NCBI GenBank assembly: GCA_964438075.1
Contig: CAYTIW010000002.1
Coordinates: forward strand, 47,994 to 111,993
DNA length: 64,000 nt
Source of the DNA: an uncultured Planctomycetales bacterium
GTDB taxonomy: Bacteria; Omnitrophota; Gorgyraeia; Zapsychrales; Fredricksoniimonadaceae
Reading direction: 5' to 3'
Numbering within the stretch: the stretch's first letter is position 1; every line of letters starts with the position of its first letter. This document shows, piece by piece, positions 9,393 to 18,226 of the stretch. Position numbers and translations under genes: made by a program. The notes below the pieces were generated by a model. That model ran no database searches and had not been told where the DNA came from. It saw only the letters and a list, made by a program, of their open reading frames with translations.

Positions 9393-9866
9393 CTAAATTT
9401 TAAATCTTCGATTTATAATTACCATAATTATTAACCAGATTATCAAAAATAGAAAAGTGATCATTCCTGTTAATAGATATTTTAAGATAGGATGCCATTT
9501 CAAGCGGAAAAGTTTGGCGTTCAGATGTACAGCCAGAACCCCAATAACGCCTCCGATTAAACCACCCATTAAAAGCATCAATATGGGCAAGCACGACCAA
9601 ATATATTGTGCGGTGGTCAAGGGTTTTATAGTCTCGATCACGTCACCATTCTCTAACTCAATATAGGGTATGCCGTCTATAATACTGCCCAGATCGTATT
9701 TGAACTTGATCTCCACTGTTCTACCACTATTATCGCGCAAAATGTACTTGCCACCTTCGCGGGGGAGTTTGACGCCGTTAACATAAAGCTTGGTCCCGGT
9801 CCATAACCCGCCCTTTAAAGTCAAGGTCCTTCCTTCGAAACCCGGAATATTGACTACCACCCCCAT
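9393..9866 (-). CDS. Hypothetical membrane protein (157 aa; N-terminal soluble domain plus 2-3 TM helices)
   Basis: C-terminal half is strongly hydrophobic (LPILMLLMGGLIGGVIGVLAV; LLTGMITFLFLIIWLIIMVII). Confidence 0.4.
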   Translation of the reverse strand: MGVVVNIPGFEGRTLTLKGGLWTGTKLYVNGVKLPREGGKYILRDNSGRTVEIKFKYDLGSIIDGIPYIELENGDVIETIKPLTTAQYIWSCLPILMLLMGGLIGGVIGVLAVHLNAKLFRLKWHPILKYLLTGMITFLFLIIWLIIMVIINRRFKI

Positions 9867-10140
9867 AATATTTAATCCCCCTTTTAATTCATTGTTTTAC
9901 TGTTGGTCCCATATCTTTTTACCCCTAATCGCATACACGCTGATGCATTTTTAATAATAATACCCAAAAGCTCACGTGACTAGAAAATCTGCGAAACCTT
10001 GTCTACGGGGTCATAATCAACTAAAAACTTTACTAAAGAAGGATAGACCCCACAACCTTACCGTGATTCCCGAGCCCTGAAACAAGGTAACAGTGTTAAA
10101 AAACGTTTGTCTGAAAAGCTGCTCAAGATATGTCTCCGCG

Positions 10141-10452
10141 TTACATCCCGTATAAACACTGGCAATCGGTTTGTCCAGTTTCAGCATCTACCAAAGCTCC
10201 ATACATACATGTATCATTTGCCTCTTTCGCCTTGAAGAGTATGCCCCAAACGGGCTCAGGTGAATTTAGGTTAACATAATAGTGTCGGCTGTAATATTGA
10301 TTTTTGTACGAGCTGCCCGCTAAGCAATCTTGAGCTATCTTTACTGCTTCCGATCGACTGACTTTTAATTTTCCCTGTAAGCCTACAGTTGCACAAGAAT
10401 AAATGAGGGGCAGAAATAACAGGAAAATAATAATCATATTGTTTTTAGCCAT
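10141..10452 (-). CDS. Small lipoprotein, PepSY-like; candidate immunity protein for the upstream RHS toxin
   Basis: Signal peptide plus a lipobox-like LIYSC. AAGGTGG RBS. The SEAVKIAQDCL stretch is PepSY-like. It lies immediately downstream of the RHS gene on the same strand. Confidence 0.4.
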   Translation of the reverse strand: MAKNNMIIIFLLFLPLIYSCATVGLQGKLKVSRSEAVKIAQDCLAGSSYKNQYYSRHYYVNLNSPEPVWGILFKAKEANDTCMYGALVDAETGQTDCQCLYGM

Positions 10453-10647
10453 GGAATTAAACCACCTTTCTTAGTCTGATGCCTGTTGAATGGCATTAAC
10501 TGGTTTTCGCTGGTCGATAAAACTCTATCCGCAGGATGCGTCCATGTGTGTGCGACCACGAAAAGGGTCACTAAGCAACACATAATTTTTTGTCATTGAT
10601 CAAATGAGGCGGTTGATAATACATATCTGGTGATATTATTATCCTCC

Positions 10648-13600
10648 TCATGGCCTATCAGGATAACCATACACCCTGATACGGCTTGGTGCCTCCCCTC
10701 CGGCGCCATAAATGACACTATTGACTGCAAAATTGCTGTTAAAACTCAAAGCGGAATATTTTGTTTGCCCAGAAAAAGTCATATCATAAAGTTGGATATT
10801 TTCATGCAAAGCGGCAAAATTAACTTCCGCAGAGAACCTCCTGATATAATCACCTGCAAGAGTAATTGATTTCTCGGTACATAAGTGTGTTCCCCATGTT
10901 TCCAGATCGATAACTGTGTTTGTTGTACGCAGAATGCCATTTTCCGGTCCCATCTCCCAACTCCCGTGAGACAATCTACTGGAGACAATGGCCATGTGCC
11001 GGGGGCCGCTTTGACTCCCAGGCTCTCCAGATGCCGACTTCCCCAATGGTCGCGCTACAATATCAACCGTTGTATCTTTACGGTTGACATTCAAGGCATG
11101 CCGAGCGTTCATCTCCCGCGCGAACTGTTTAAAGGCCAGTTCACGATCCGATTGGAATCCCCTTCCGGCCCGATAATTTGAGAATTGTTCGATGTTTGTT
11201 TTTGCTATCCAGTCACCCATCCCCCAGCCTATTACCGCCCCCGCCCAACCGCCTGCGAAACTGTCCCAATTGTCCATCTGAGCGGCGTAAGCCACACTTC
11301 CGGCGAACATGCTCCCCAGAACAAAACCACCTATCATATTATGTGACCCGGAAGCCCAGCCGCCAACACAGCCCAGCACTCCTCCCAGCGCCGCCCCGGT
11401 GATAATCCCGTTACCTTGCGCGCCATTGAGCGCTGCAGTTGTCGCTCCCCCCGCTGCGCCGCCAAGAGCGCCTGCCAGCCAACCTGAAAGACCATAACCG
11501 GCCGGCCCTAGGACTATTCCCAGCGCCACGCCGACGACCGCCCCCGCTGCGCTGTTCAGAAAGCTTTTCCAGTTCCAGCCATAACCCGAAGGGTCAACCA
11601 AACTTACAGGATTGTTCCGGCAATACGAATAGCGGTTCAGGTCCTGCGGGTCGAAAGGATGCTGCACTGTCGGGTCCGCCGTAATGAACCTTCCTAGTTT
11701 GGGATTGTAATAGCGGGCCCCGAAAAAGACAAGCCCAGCCTCGGCATCTATTTTCTTCCCGGTAAAATAGAACCAAGCGACCTTGGGTGATGTGCCGTAC
11801 TTTTCACAGTTCTTGATTTCTCCCCAGGGAGTGAATTCAACTTTTTCCTCGACAAACGACTTCTCGTCGAGCACCAGACTGGTGGACCCCAAATGGTCAC
11901 CGATAAACCAGCGCAAAGTGACTCCGTCGAAAGCTGCGACACGCATGCCGCCGAGAAACAGGTGGTCGATCTCAATACCGTCGCTTTTTTCGTACAGTTC
12001 ACCGACATACGTTGTGGTCACTGCGCTGGCCCCCTTGTTCGAGAAAACGGTCTTCATGGTCCGCCCACCGTCACCGTCGTAGGCATAAGATGCCACCGGG
12101 TAACGTGTGACAGTGCCGGCATCGGTAAACTCCACTTGGACAAGCCTGTTATCAGCGTCGTAGGCGAAATATTGCGTCTTTTCTAATCCGGTCATAACGG
12201 TTAGATTACCGTTGGGGTCATAGGACATGCTGGTCCCGTCAGACAGCGACGTTACTGCATGTGGACCAGAACCGTTCTGTCCGTAGGTATAGACCAGTCT
12301 GCCTTTTTGAAGAAGGTTGCCGGTCTCATCGTAGCGGTAATTAACGACAATACCGTTATCGTTCGATATCACCATTCGGCCCAAAGCGTCGTAAGCGAAG
12401 GTCATGTTAAGGCCCTTTAAATCATCACTCAATTTGACTACATTGCCCACAGGATCATAGTGGTAGCTTTTGGACTGAATGATATTTCCGATAGGGTCTT
12501 TTACGACCTGCCGTAAAAGGCGGGATGTCAACGGGTCATATGAATAAACAACCGTTGTACCGTTGCCGTAATTGAGGGCAGCGATATTGCCGTTGGCAGT
12601 GTAGATGATACCGGTAATGATGTCTTTGGTGGAAGCAACGCTACCGGACATAACCTGAAATTTCAACGTTTTCAACAGTCCCGATGAGGCATCATAGCCG
12701 TAGACAGCTGTACCATTGCCATCCGGGTAAGTCAAGCTAATGATCCTGCCTAAAGCATCATAAGTCCGACTGACCCGGTATGTATCCTGTCCAATAATTT
12801 TGCTGCTCGAGATCTCATCGCCGACGGCATTATAGGTAAAAATGGTCTTGCCAGAGGGATAGTTAACCCCTGTCAGACGTCCGCGTCCGAAATCCGGCGA
12901 TGTGTCGTAGTCGTAGGCGACCAGTTCAAAGCTGCTATCCGAAAGGGTCTTTACGAGTGGGCGTCCCAGGCTATCGAAGGCAAAGGCCACTTGTACACCT
13001 TTAGCGTCGACCTGACTCTTAAGTTGCCCTAGAGGATCGTATTCGTAAATCATTCCGTGCATATCCTGGTCATTCATGGCGGTCTTGCGGCCGAGAGTGT
13101 CGTAAGACATGGACGTGATTTTTCCTTTAGCATCGATGACTTGCGTCAGGTTCCCAGATAAGTCATATACATATTTAGTAGTGGCATAAAGCTGATACGG
13201 CTCGGCAGGATAATAAGAACTGCGGCCGTCCGCCCCTAAATACTCCTCGCGCGCGATTATACGTCCACGCGCATCGACGACGGAACGTTCCTGGTGTCCG
13301 TTGGCATCTATGACGGTCACCCCATGGCTGTCATAATCCCTGGTCTCATAGTTGCCATCCGGGAAATTAATACGGACAGTACGTCCCTGGTCGTCATATG
13401 TATACTTTATCCCCGGACGGGAACTGTTGACGGTGTCTGGAAAGGTCAAAGAGAGGGTGGTAAGAAAGGGTTGGTACGAGGTCTCGAGTGCTCCCCGAGC
13501 GTCGTATGATACTTGGCCGGAAGCTACGTATTTCCCGTTCTCATCGGACTTCGCCTTGGTCATTATGACACGTCCGAGGCCGTCATAGTAGGTATAGCTG

Positions 13601-16600
13601 TCAAGAGTGCCGGGTTGATCATGATTGATCCGGCTTTTTGTCGCGACCACGTAATAACTAGCCCACTGAGCGTACTCCCACGATCTTGTGGGATAGGCAA
13701 AACTGTCCAGCGGAGACACCAAGGATAACGGACGGCCCCAGACATCATAGGTCCGCCATACTTTCTGCTGGTTAGGGTCCACTATAAGTTTCAGCTGGCC
13801 GAAAATTCCTGATCCCTCTGACGTGCTCTCGTTCACGCCATAATACTCGCGGGTCACTTTATGCTTGAGGTCGTTCTCGACCGATACCACGAAAAGCTTA
13901 TAAACGCTGTCCATACTATATCGGGTCTGATGGCCAAGGGCGTCGGTTATGCCCGAAAGGTTCCCGTATTCATCATAGCTGAAGTCTTTGGCGATCCAGC
14001 TTTCCGTTTTATTCAAACTGTTCCAGGTTTCGTTCTTTATGATAAGGCCGTTGGCATCGTAGTTGAACCGGTCTTTACTCAGGTAATTGCCGGATTGATC
14101 AGTGACCACGCTGGCCTGCAACAAGCCCAATATCCAGAAAGAAATATCGTTAGTATATGTTAAGGCAGTGGTCACGCGGTCATCCCCAATATCGTTACCC
14201 GTGTTGAAGTCCACATCGCCGTAATCAATGGTTTTGACCAGGTCACCGAATTTTTCCGTCGTGTTCCATTGATAGATAAAATCTTGTCTGGTACGCCTCC
14301 CGGAAGATCCGGCGTCATATAAAGATTTGTCTATATCAGCCAGGTAGATAAAAGATGAATCGGTAAACCCGTTACCTCGAAAGTATATCGGGAGCCAGTC
14401 CTTTGAATACCAATGATAGTTGGTTCTTTGAAGAAGTTTCCCGTAGCGGTCATAATTGGATACCGTTACCGGACGACCTCGGAAATACACATTGGCCCCG
14501 TTGGTATTGAACGAAGTCTCTATCCGGCCGCCGTAGGCATCTTTAACCGTTGTCCTGGAAAAACCCATAAATTCTCTGGCTGACGGGTCCCATCTCCCCC
14601 CGCTATAGGAATATGAGGTACGGTATACTTCTCCTTGTTTCCATAAAACAGATACCGCTACTTCAGTCACCAGTGGAAGCACAAAAGGCATATTAAGTTG
14701 CTGGAAAGCGGTGGATGGTTGATAGACCACCGATGTTTTTGCGCCCCTTCCATTCTCTAGCGACTTCAGCAGGTCGGGTATCGGACCGGAGCTGTAGGCC
14801 AGTTCAGTGGTCACATTCGAGCCGGCGATATAAGCCATCGCGTCCGTCAGACCGTCTCCGTTATAATCCCCTGGCTGTATCTGGGCGTTGGGATCTTTTA
14901 AGGAAAAGGGCGCTGGCATATCAGAAGCCGGGCCGAAATAGACCGTAATAATACCGCGCCTGATAGAGGGACGGAAAGTGATCTTACCGTTAGGCCAGTC
15001 GTAGTACGCTATATCTGTGCGGCCGTCCTGGTTGAAGTCGGCCAACAACGGATTCCGGTCAGTACCGAAACCGGACTGCACATGGAAAGCGGATCCTCTT
15101 CCGTGCCCGTCTGTGTTCTCGAAAACCACCCAATCCCCGTTGGATCGTTTGAAGGCATAAATGTCCGCCATTTGGTCGGCATTGAAGTCGCCGGTCATGA
15201 CGGCATAGCTGCTGTCACCGTAAGGCAGTGTTTGTACAGGGTCAGCGCTAAAACCATTGGCACGGTTGTTAATCCATATCTGGACCTTTAAAGACGCGTC
15301 GGTCTTCTTTAGAAGGATATCCGTGTAACCGTCACCGTTAAAGTCGCCGGTAGCGATATCAGCGTTCTGCCCCAGTGAGCTGGCCCAGAATCCTTTATCA
15401 AAAAAACTCCGGATAGCGTTGCTCCAGCTGCTGGGCTTGCTCAGCGCGACCCTTAGGCTCCCCGCTGTAATATCATAAGCGGCGATATCGGTGGAACCGT
15501 CACCGTTAAAGTCACCCAGGACGATCTTTTGATTAATGCCGAAATTCCCGATCCAGTTCTGGGGCGGGAGGAATCCCGAGTTACTTGACAAGGCCACTTT
15601 TACATTGCCTGTGTCAGGGTAAAAGGCAGCAGTATCCACTCGCCCATCTCCGTTGAAATCCCCAGCCAGGTTGGAGACTAAAGACATTGTGGAATTCATA
15701 AGATCCACCTTGCTGGCCAGATCGAAACCCAGATCGAAGGTGAAGGATTCATGCTGGTGGTAATCAGTCACTAATATCAGGTTATATCCTGCTACTAGAG
15801 ACAAGGAAGTGCGGTTGACAACACTGGAACCGTTAAGGTATATCCCCCACTCCCCCCCTCCACTCCCAGAAAGCGGAATGGTTTTAGCCTGGTTAACGTA
15901 CACATATGTCCAGCATTGACAGGCCTCATCCTGTCCCGAAGAAAAAGTCAGCCGGCCGTTGTTGTTGATCGACCAGGATACGCCATCCGGGACTGTTCCC
16001 GAGGCTTTGGTATACACCGCACCCATGTCAACATCGAACCCAGGGACCGGGCCGTAGTTCTCATGGCCGCGGTCATAACCAGCTCCGAACTGGCAGTTCC
16101 ACAATTTATCACCCGACGTTTTCGTCGTAGTTACGCTATAGGTGGCCGAGGTCTGGCTGGTGTAGCTGATTTTGAATAATATGCGCGAGGTCGTATTATC
16201 TGAAGCGTATTCCGTGATACTGTTCAGGAATGAACGTCCCGATGTCAGGCTGTTTGAATAAGAAAATTGATATCTCCGCATCCGTATGCCGTTGGCCCTT
16301 ATCGTGAGAGCGGTGATCAGGTTCTTTTCTTTCACTGCAAAACCTGGCCGGTAATCTACAGAATAATTATAAGAATTGCTCGGAGTGACATAACTGGTGA
16401 TGACGTAGGCAAAATTGTTCGTGCTATTCAAGTCGGCAGCGGCGGGGTCCAGTCCGGCTTTCAACACGTAACGGATCTCAAAACTTCCATCAGAATGATA
16501 ATCAATAACATATAAATTGTTCAAACGGTCCGTGACCTTGTCCAGCCGCCATTTGAATACACGGCCGTTGTTTTCGATATTAGAACCTGGGCGGCTACCG

Positions 16601-17073
16601 AAAAAATACGAAACCCCTTTAGGGTCCTGGACGACCCAATAATTTCCCGTATCGATGAATTTAAGCCTGTCCTCCTCCACGCGGGCACGGTATTCATTAG
16701 TGCCGACCTTCACCAGCTCGTAGATCTTTCCGCCTAGGCTGCAAAGGAAGGTATCGTTAGGGCTGTAGGCAGGCACCCCTTTTCTGGTAGAACGAGTTAT
16801 ATAGCCTAGGTCCATGGACCATCCGTTGCCGAAGGGTCCGCTGCCTGATAAGGAAGAATAGGATAGATTAATTGAAGGAGCTATGCCGCGACGTCCTTCG
16901 GGGGTAAAAAGCGGTATGATCGCGCTAGCGCCACCGGTCGATGGGTCGACCGTTATGTTATTAGAAAAAGATTGAGTCTGGGTGTCTGCCCACGAGGGGA
17001 CAGTCAGACCGATCCAGCCGGATACAAATAACATGCCCCCCATGATAAAATTTCTAGTTGCAAACAGTCGCAT
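10648..17073 (-). CDS. Giant secreted SpvB–FG-GAP–RHS/YD-repeat protein (Tc-toxin B/C-fusion-like polymorphic toxin) with C-terminal payload
   Basis: Signal peptide MRLFATRNFIMGGMLFVSGWIGLTVPSWA with an AGGAAAGG RBS; the ORF track's longer N-terminal extension to 17277 is probably not translated. The SpvB-like N-domain contains PSINLSYSSLSGSGPFGNGWSMDLGYITRSTRKGVPAY. Six FG-GAP/VCBS-like repeats follow (GDFNGDGRVDTAAF, GDFNGDGSTDIAAY, GDFNGDGYTDIL, GDFNADQMADIYAF, ADFNQDGRTDIAYY, GDYNGDGLTDAMAY). More than 25 YD/RHS repeats of the YxYDxxGR type come next. The RHS core ends at PVSLVDPSGY, at about 11581. A 310-aa variable C-terminus follows. Confidence 0.8.
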   Translation of the reverse strand: MRLFATRNFIMGGMLFVSGWIGLTVPSWADTQTQSFSNNITVDPSTGGASAIIPLFTPEGRRGIAPSINLSYSSLSGSGPFGNGWSMDLGYITRSTRKGVPAYSPNDTFLCSLGGKIYELVKVGTNEYRARVEEDRLKFIDTGNYWVVQDPKGVSYFFGSRPGSNIENNGRVFKWRLDKVTDRLNNLYVIDYHSDGSFEIRYVLKAGLDPAAADLNSTNNFAYVITSYVTPSNSYNYSVDYRPGFAVKEKNLITALTIRANGIRMRRYQFSYSNSLTSGRSFLNSITEYASDNTTSRILFKISYTSQTSATYSVTTTKTSGDKLWNCQFGAGYDRGHENYGPVPGFDVDMGAVYTKASGTVPDGVSWSINNNGRLTFSSGQDEACQCWTYVYVNQAKTIPLSGSGGGEWGIYLNGSSVVNRTSLSLVAGYNLILVTDYHQHESFTFDLGFDLASKVDLMNSTMSLVSNLAGDFNGDGRVDTAAFYPDTGNVKVALSSNSGFLPPQNWIGNFGINQKIVLGDFNGDGSTDIAAYDITAGSLRVALSKPSSWSNAIRSFFDKGFWASSLGQNADIATGDFNGDGYTDILLKKTDASLKVQIWINNRANGFSADPVQTLPYGDSSYAVMTGDFNADQMADIYAFKRSNGDWVVFENTDGHGRGSAFHVQSGFGTDRNPLLADFNQDGRTDIAYYDWPNGKITFRPSIRRGIITVYFGPASDMPAPFSLKDPNAQIQPGDYNGDGLTDAMAYIAGSNVTTELAYSSGPIPDLLKSLENGRGAKTSVVYQPSTAFQQLNMPFVLPLVTEVAVSVLWKQGEVYRTSYSYSGGRWDPSAREFMGFSRTTVKDAYGGRIETSFNTNGANVYFRGRPVTVSNYDRYGKLLQRTNYHWYSKDWLPIYFRGNGFTDSSFIYLADIDKSLYDAGSSGRRTRQDFIYQWNTTEKFGDLVKTIDYGDVDFNTGNDIGDDRVTTALTYTNDISFWILGLLQASVVTDQSGNYLSKDRFNYDANGLIIKNETWNSLNKTESWIAKDFSYDEYGNLSGITDALGHQTRYSMDSVYKLFVVSVENDLKHKVTREYYGVNESTSEGSGIFGQLKLIVDPNQQKVWRTYDVWGRPLSLVSPLDSFAYPTRSWEYAQWASYYVVATKSRINHDQPGTLDSYTYYDGLGRVIMTKAKSDENGKYVASGQVSYDARGALETSYQPFLTTLSLTFPDTVNSSRPGIKYTYDDQGRTVRINFPDGNYETRDYDSHGVTVIDANGHQERSVVDARGRIIAREEYLGADGRSSYYPAEPYQLYATTKYVYDLSGNLTQVIDAKGKITSMSYDTLGRKTAMNDQDMHGMIYEYDPLGQLKSQVDAKGVQVAFAFDSLGRPLVKTLSDSSFELVAYDYDTSPDFGRGRLTGVNYPSGKTIFTYNAVGDEISSSKIIGQDTYRVSRTYDALGRIISLTYPDGNGTAVYGYDASSGLLKTLKFQVMSGSVASTKDIITGIIYTANGNIAALNYGNGTTVVYSYDPLTSRLLRQVVKDPIGNIIQSKSYHYDPVGNVVKLSDDLKGLNMTFAYDALGRMVISNDNGIVVNYRYDETGNLLQKGRLVYTYGQNGSGPHAVTSLSDGTSMSYDPNGNLTVMTGLEKTQYFAYDADNRLVQVEFTDAGTVTRYPVASYAYDGDGGRTMKTVFSNKGASAVTTTYVGELYEKSDGIEIDHLFLGGMRVAAFDGVTLRWFIGDHLGSTSLVLDEKSFVEEKVEFTPWGEIKNCEKYGTSPKVAWFYFTGKKIDAEAGLVFFGARYYNPKLGRFITADPTVQHPFDPQDLNRYSYCRNNPVSLVDPSGYGWNWKSFLNSAAGAVVGVALGIVLGPAGYGLSGWLAGALGGAAGGATTAALNGAQGNGIITGAALGGVLGCVGGWASGSHNMIGGFVLGSMFAGSVAYAAQMDNWDSFAGGWAGAVIGWGMGDWIAKTNIEQFSNYRAGRGFQSDRELAFKQFAREMNARHALNVNRKDTTVDIVARPLGKSASGEPGSQSGPRHMAIVSSRLSHGSWEMGPENGILRTTNTVIDLETWGTHLCTEKSITLAGDYIRRFSAEVNFAALHENIQLYDMTFSGQTKYSALSFNSNFAVNSVIYGAGGEAPSRIRVYGYPDRP

Positions 17074-17420
17074 AGCATTGCCTTTCCTGTTCATTGAACT
17101 TTTTCCGGCTGGGGGTAACCGTAAGAATCTTGGGGGCCGCATTGCAGGTATCAAAACAACAAATAAACCGCGCCGTCTAGCGGATCGATAGCACATACCG
17201 GGATGTGCTCGGGGGCGGGGATCCAGGTAGGGTTGTAACCGGCGCGGAAAGCCGGGGCATTCGCCAGCCAGGAGCATCCTGGCAATGGAAATTTGTCTAA
17301 GCAGTAATGTCCTGCACGATTATGTCGATGAAATCCGGCGTAATAATTTAATGTTCCAGGTTGATAACCAAATATAGAAAGTCATGAAAACAGGCTTCCC
17401 TTTGCCTGTCAAAGACCCGA

Positions 17421-17510
17421 ATATATCGGGCGCCCGGTGCTTCTCCAGACACGCCCCCAAAAGCCTTCCCCCGCCAGGGAGAAGCGCATGTCTATACCCG
17501 GGCGCCCGAT
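17421..17510 (-). terminator. Long inverted repeat (13-bp GC-rich stem, ~46-nt loop) immediately downstream of spoVG; possible terminator or regulatory structure
   Basis: ATCGGGCGCCCGG (17425-17437) pairs with CCGGGCGCCCGAT (17495-17507), a perfect reverse complement. There is no clean U-tract. Confidence 0.3.
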
Positions 17511-17514
17511 AGGC

Positions 17515-17784
17515 TCACTCAGATTGCGATCTTTGGTAGTGACCGATGACCTGTTCAGAGAACTCTTCGTAAATGCTCGCGTTCTTGCATACGACCTGGT
17601 CGTACCATTTATTGTCTTTGCCCTGTTCCTGCGGCATAGAAACAAAAAGTCCTTTCTTGCCTGACAGCACCCGGATCCCTTTGATAACCAGGGCATCATT
17701 TACCGCCACATCTGCAAATGCCTTCAGGTTGCCTGCGTCTGGAAGGCGGTACATTTTTTCAACTTTAAAATGGATATTTCCCAT
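17515..17784 (-). CDS. spoVG: SpoVG-family protein
   Basis: MGNIHFKVEKMYRLPDAGNLKAFADVAVNDALVIKGIRVLSGKKGLFVSMPQEQ...DQVVCKNASIYEEFSEQVI aligns with the SpoVG signature (RM-AIASI--D-AFVVHDIRVIDG-NGLFVAMPS). The ORF-track N-terminal extension is ignored; the internal ATG at 17782-17784 is used. Confidence 0.7.
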   Translation of the reverse strand: MGNIHFKVEKMYRLPDAGNLKAFADVAVNDALVIKGIRVLSGKKGLFVSMPQEQGKDNKWYDQVVCKNASIYEEFSEQVIGHYQRSQSE

Positions 17785-17962
17785 AACTTCTCCCTTTTGA
17801 TAACCTGATGAATGATCCGGCTCTAACGCTCTAAGGGCGAACGGAAAGCCGGACGGAATACCTGTACCTTTCACTGGCTGTCGATCTATTCCGCCCGGCC
17901 AGACTTATCGGGAACTGACCCGTAACAGGATGGAATAATCCCTGGCGCAGTCCCCTGCTTTC

Positions 17963-18226
17963 TTATTTTTTCTTGCCCTCTACCGGCAATATCGGAGACT
18001 CAGCCTCCGCCTTAGCCTTCAGGTAACTTTTGGATGGCTTGTAGCCCTTGGCTTCAGCCTCTTCCTTGGTCATCCTGACCGTGTCTCGGTTCTTGATGAA
18101 CGGCGATTCCGCGTGATGGTAGACCTTGCCGCTCTTGGTAACGAAAACATCCTCGGCAAAGCTCATCGCCGCCGCACCTGCCGCCATAAAAGCGGCCATC
18201 AATAAAACCAACAGTTTCTTTTTCAT
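17963..18226 (-). CDS. Small secreted Lys-rich hypothetical protein (87 aa)
   Basis: Signal peptide MKKKLLVLLMAAFMAAGAAAMSFA. A 4-nt overlap with the upstream gene suggests translational coupling. Confidence 0.4.
   Translation of the reverse strand: MKKKLLVLLMAAFMAAGAAAMSFAEDVFVTKSGKVYHHAESPFIKNRDTVRMTKEEAEAKGYKPSKSYLKAKAEAESPILPVEGKKK

Noticed and set aside
10060-10140. Possible weak terminator (AAACGTTT palindrome plus T-run) downstream of the lipoprotein gene
   Set aside because: The stem is only ~4 bp with poor GC. Not convincing as a terminator.
11178-11684. Pro-rich plus-strand ORFs (74-81 aa) inside the RHS gene
   Set aside because: They are the antisense reading of the glycine-zipper segment (GGN codons read as NCC, giving Pro). 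Compositional artefact.
17074-17277. 68-aa N-terminal extension of the RHS ORF (MLLAGECPGFPRR...)
   Set aside because: Arg/Pro-rich with no RBS. The internal ATG at 17071-17073 has an AGGAAAGG RBS and is followed directly by a signal peptide.
17409-17699. Overlapping opposite-strand ORFs 17409..17699 (-) and 17437..17664 (+) near spoVG
   Set aside because: They overlap spoVG and its downstream inverted repeat. Composition unlike proteins. Best explained as chance ORFs.
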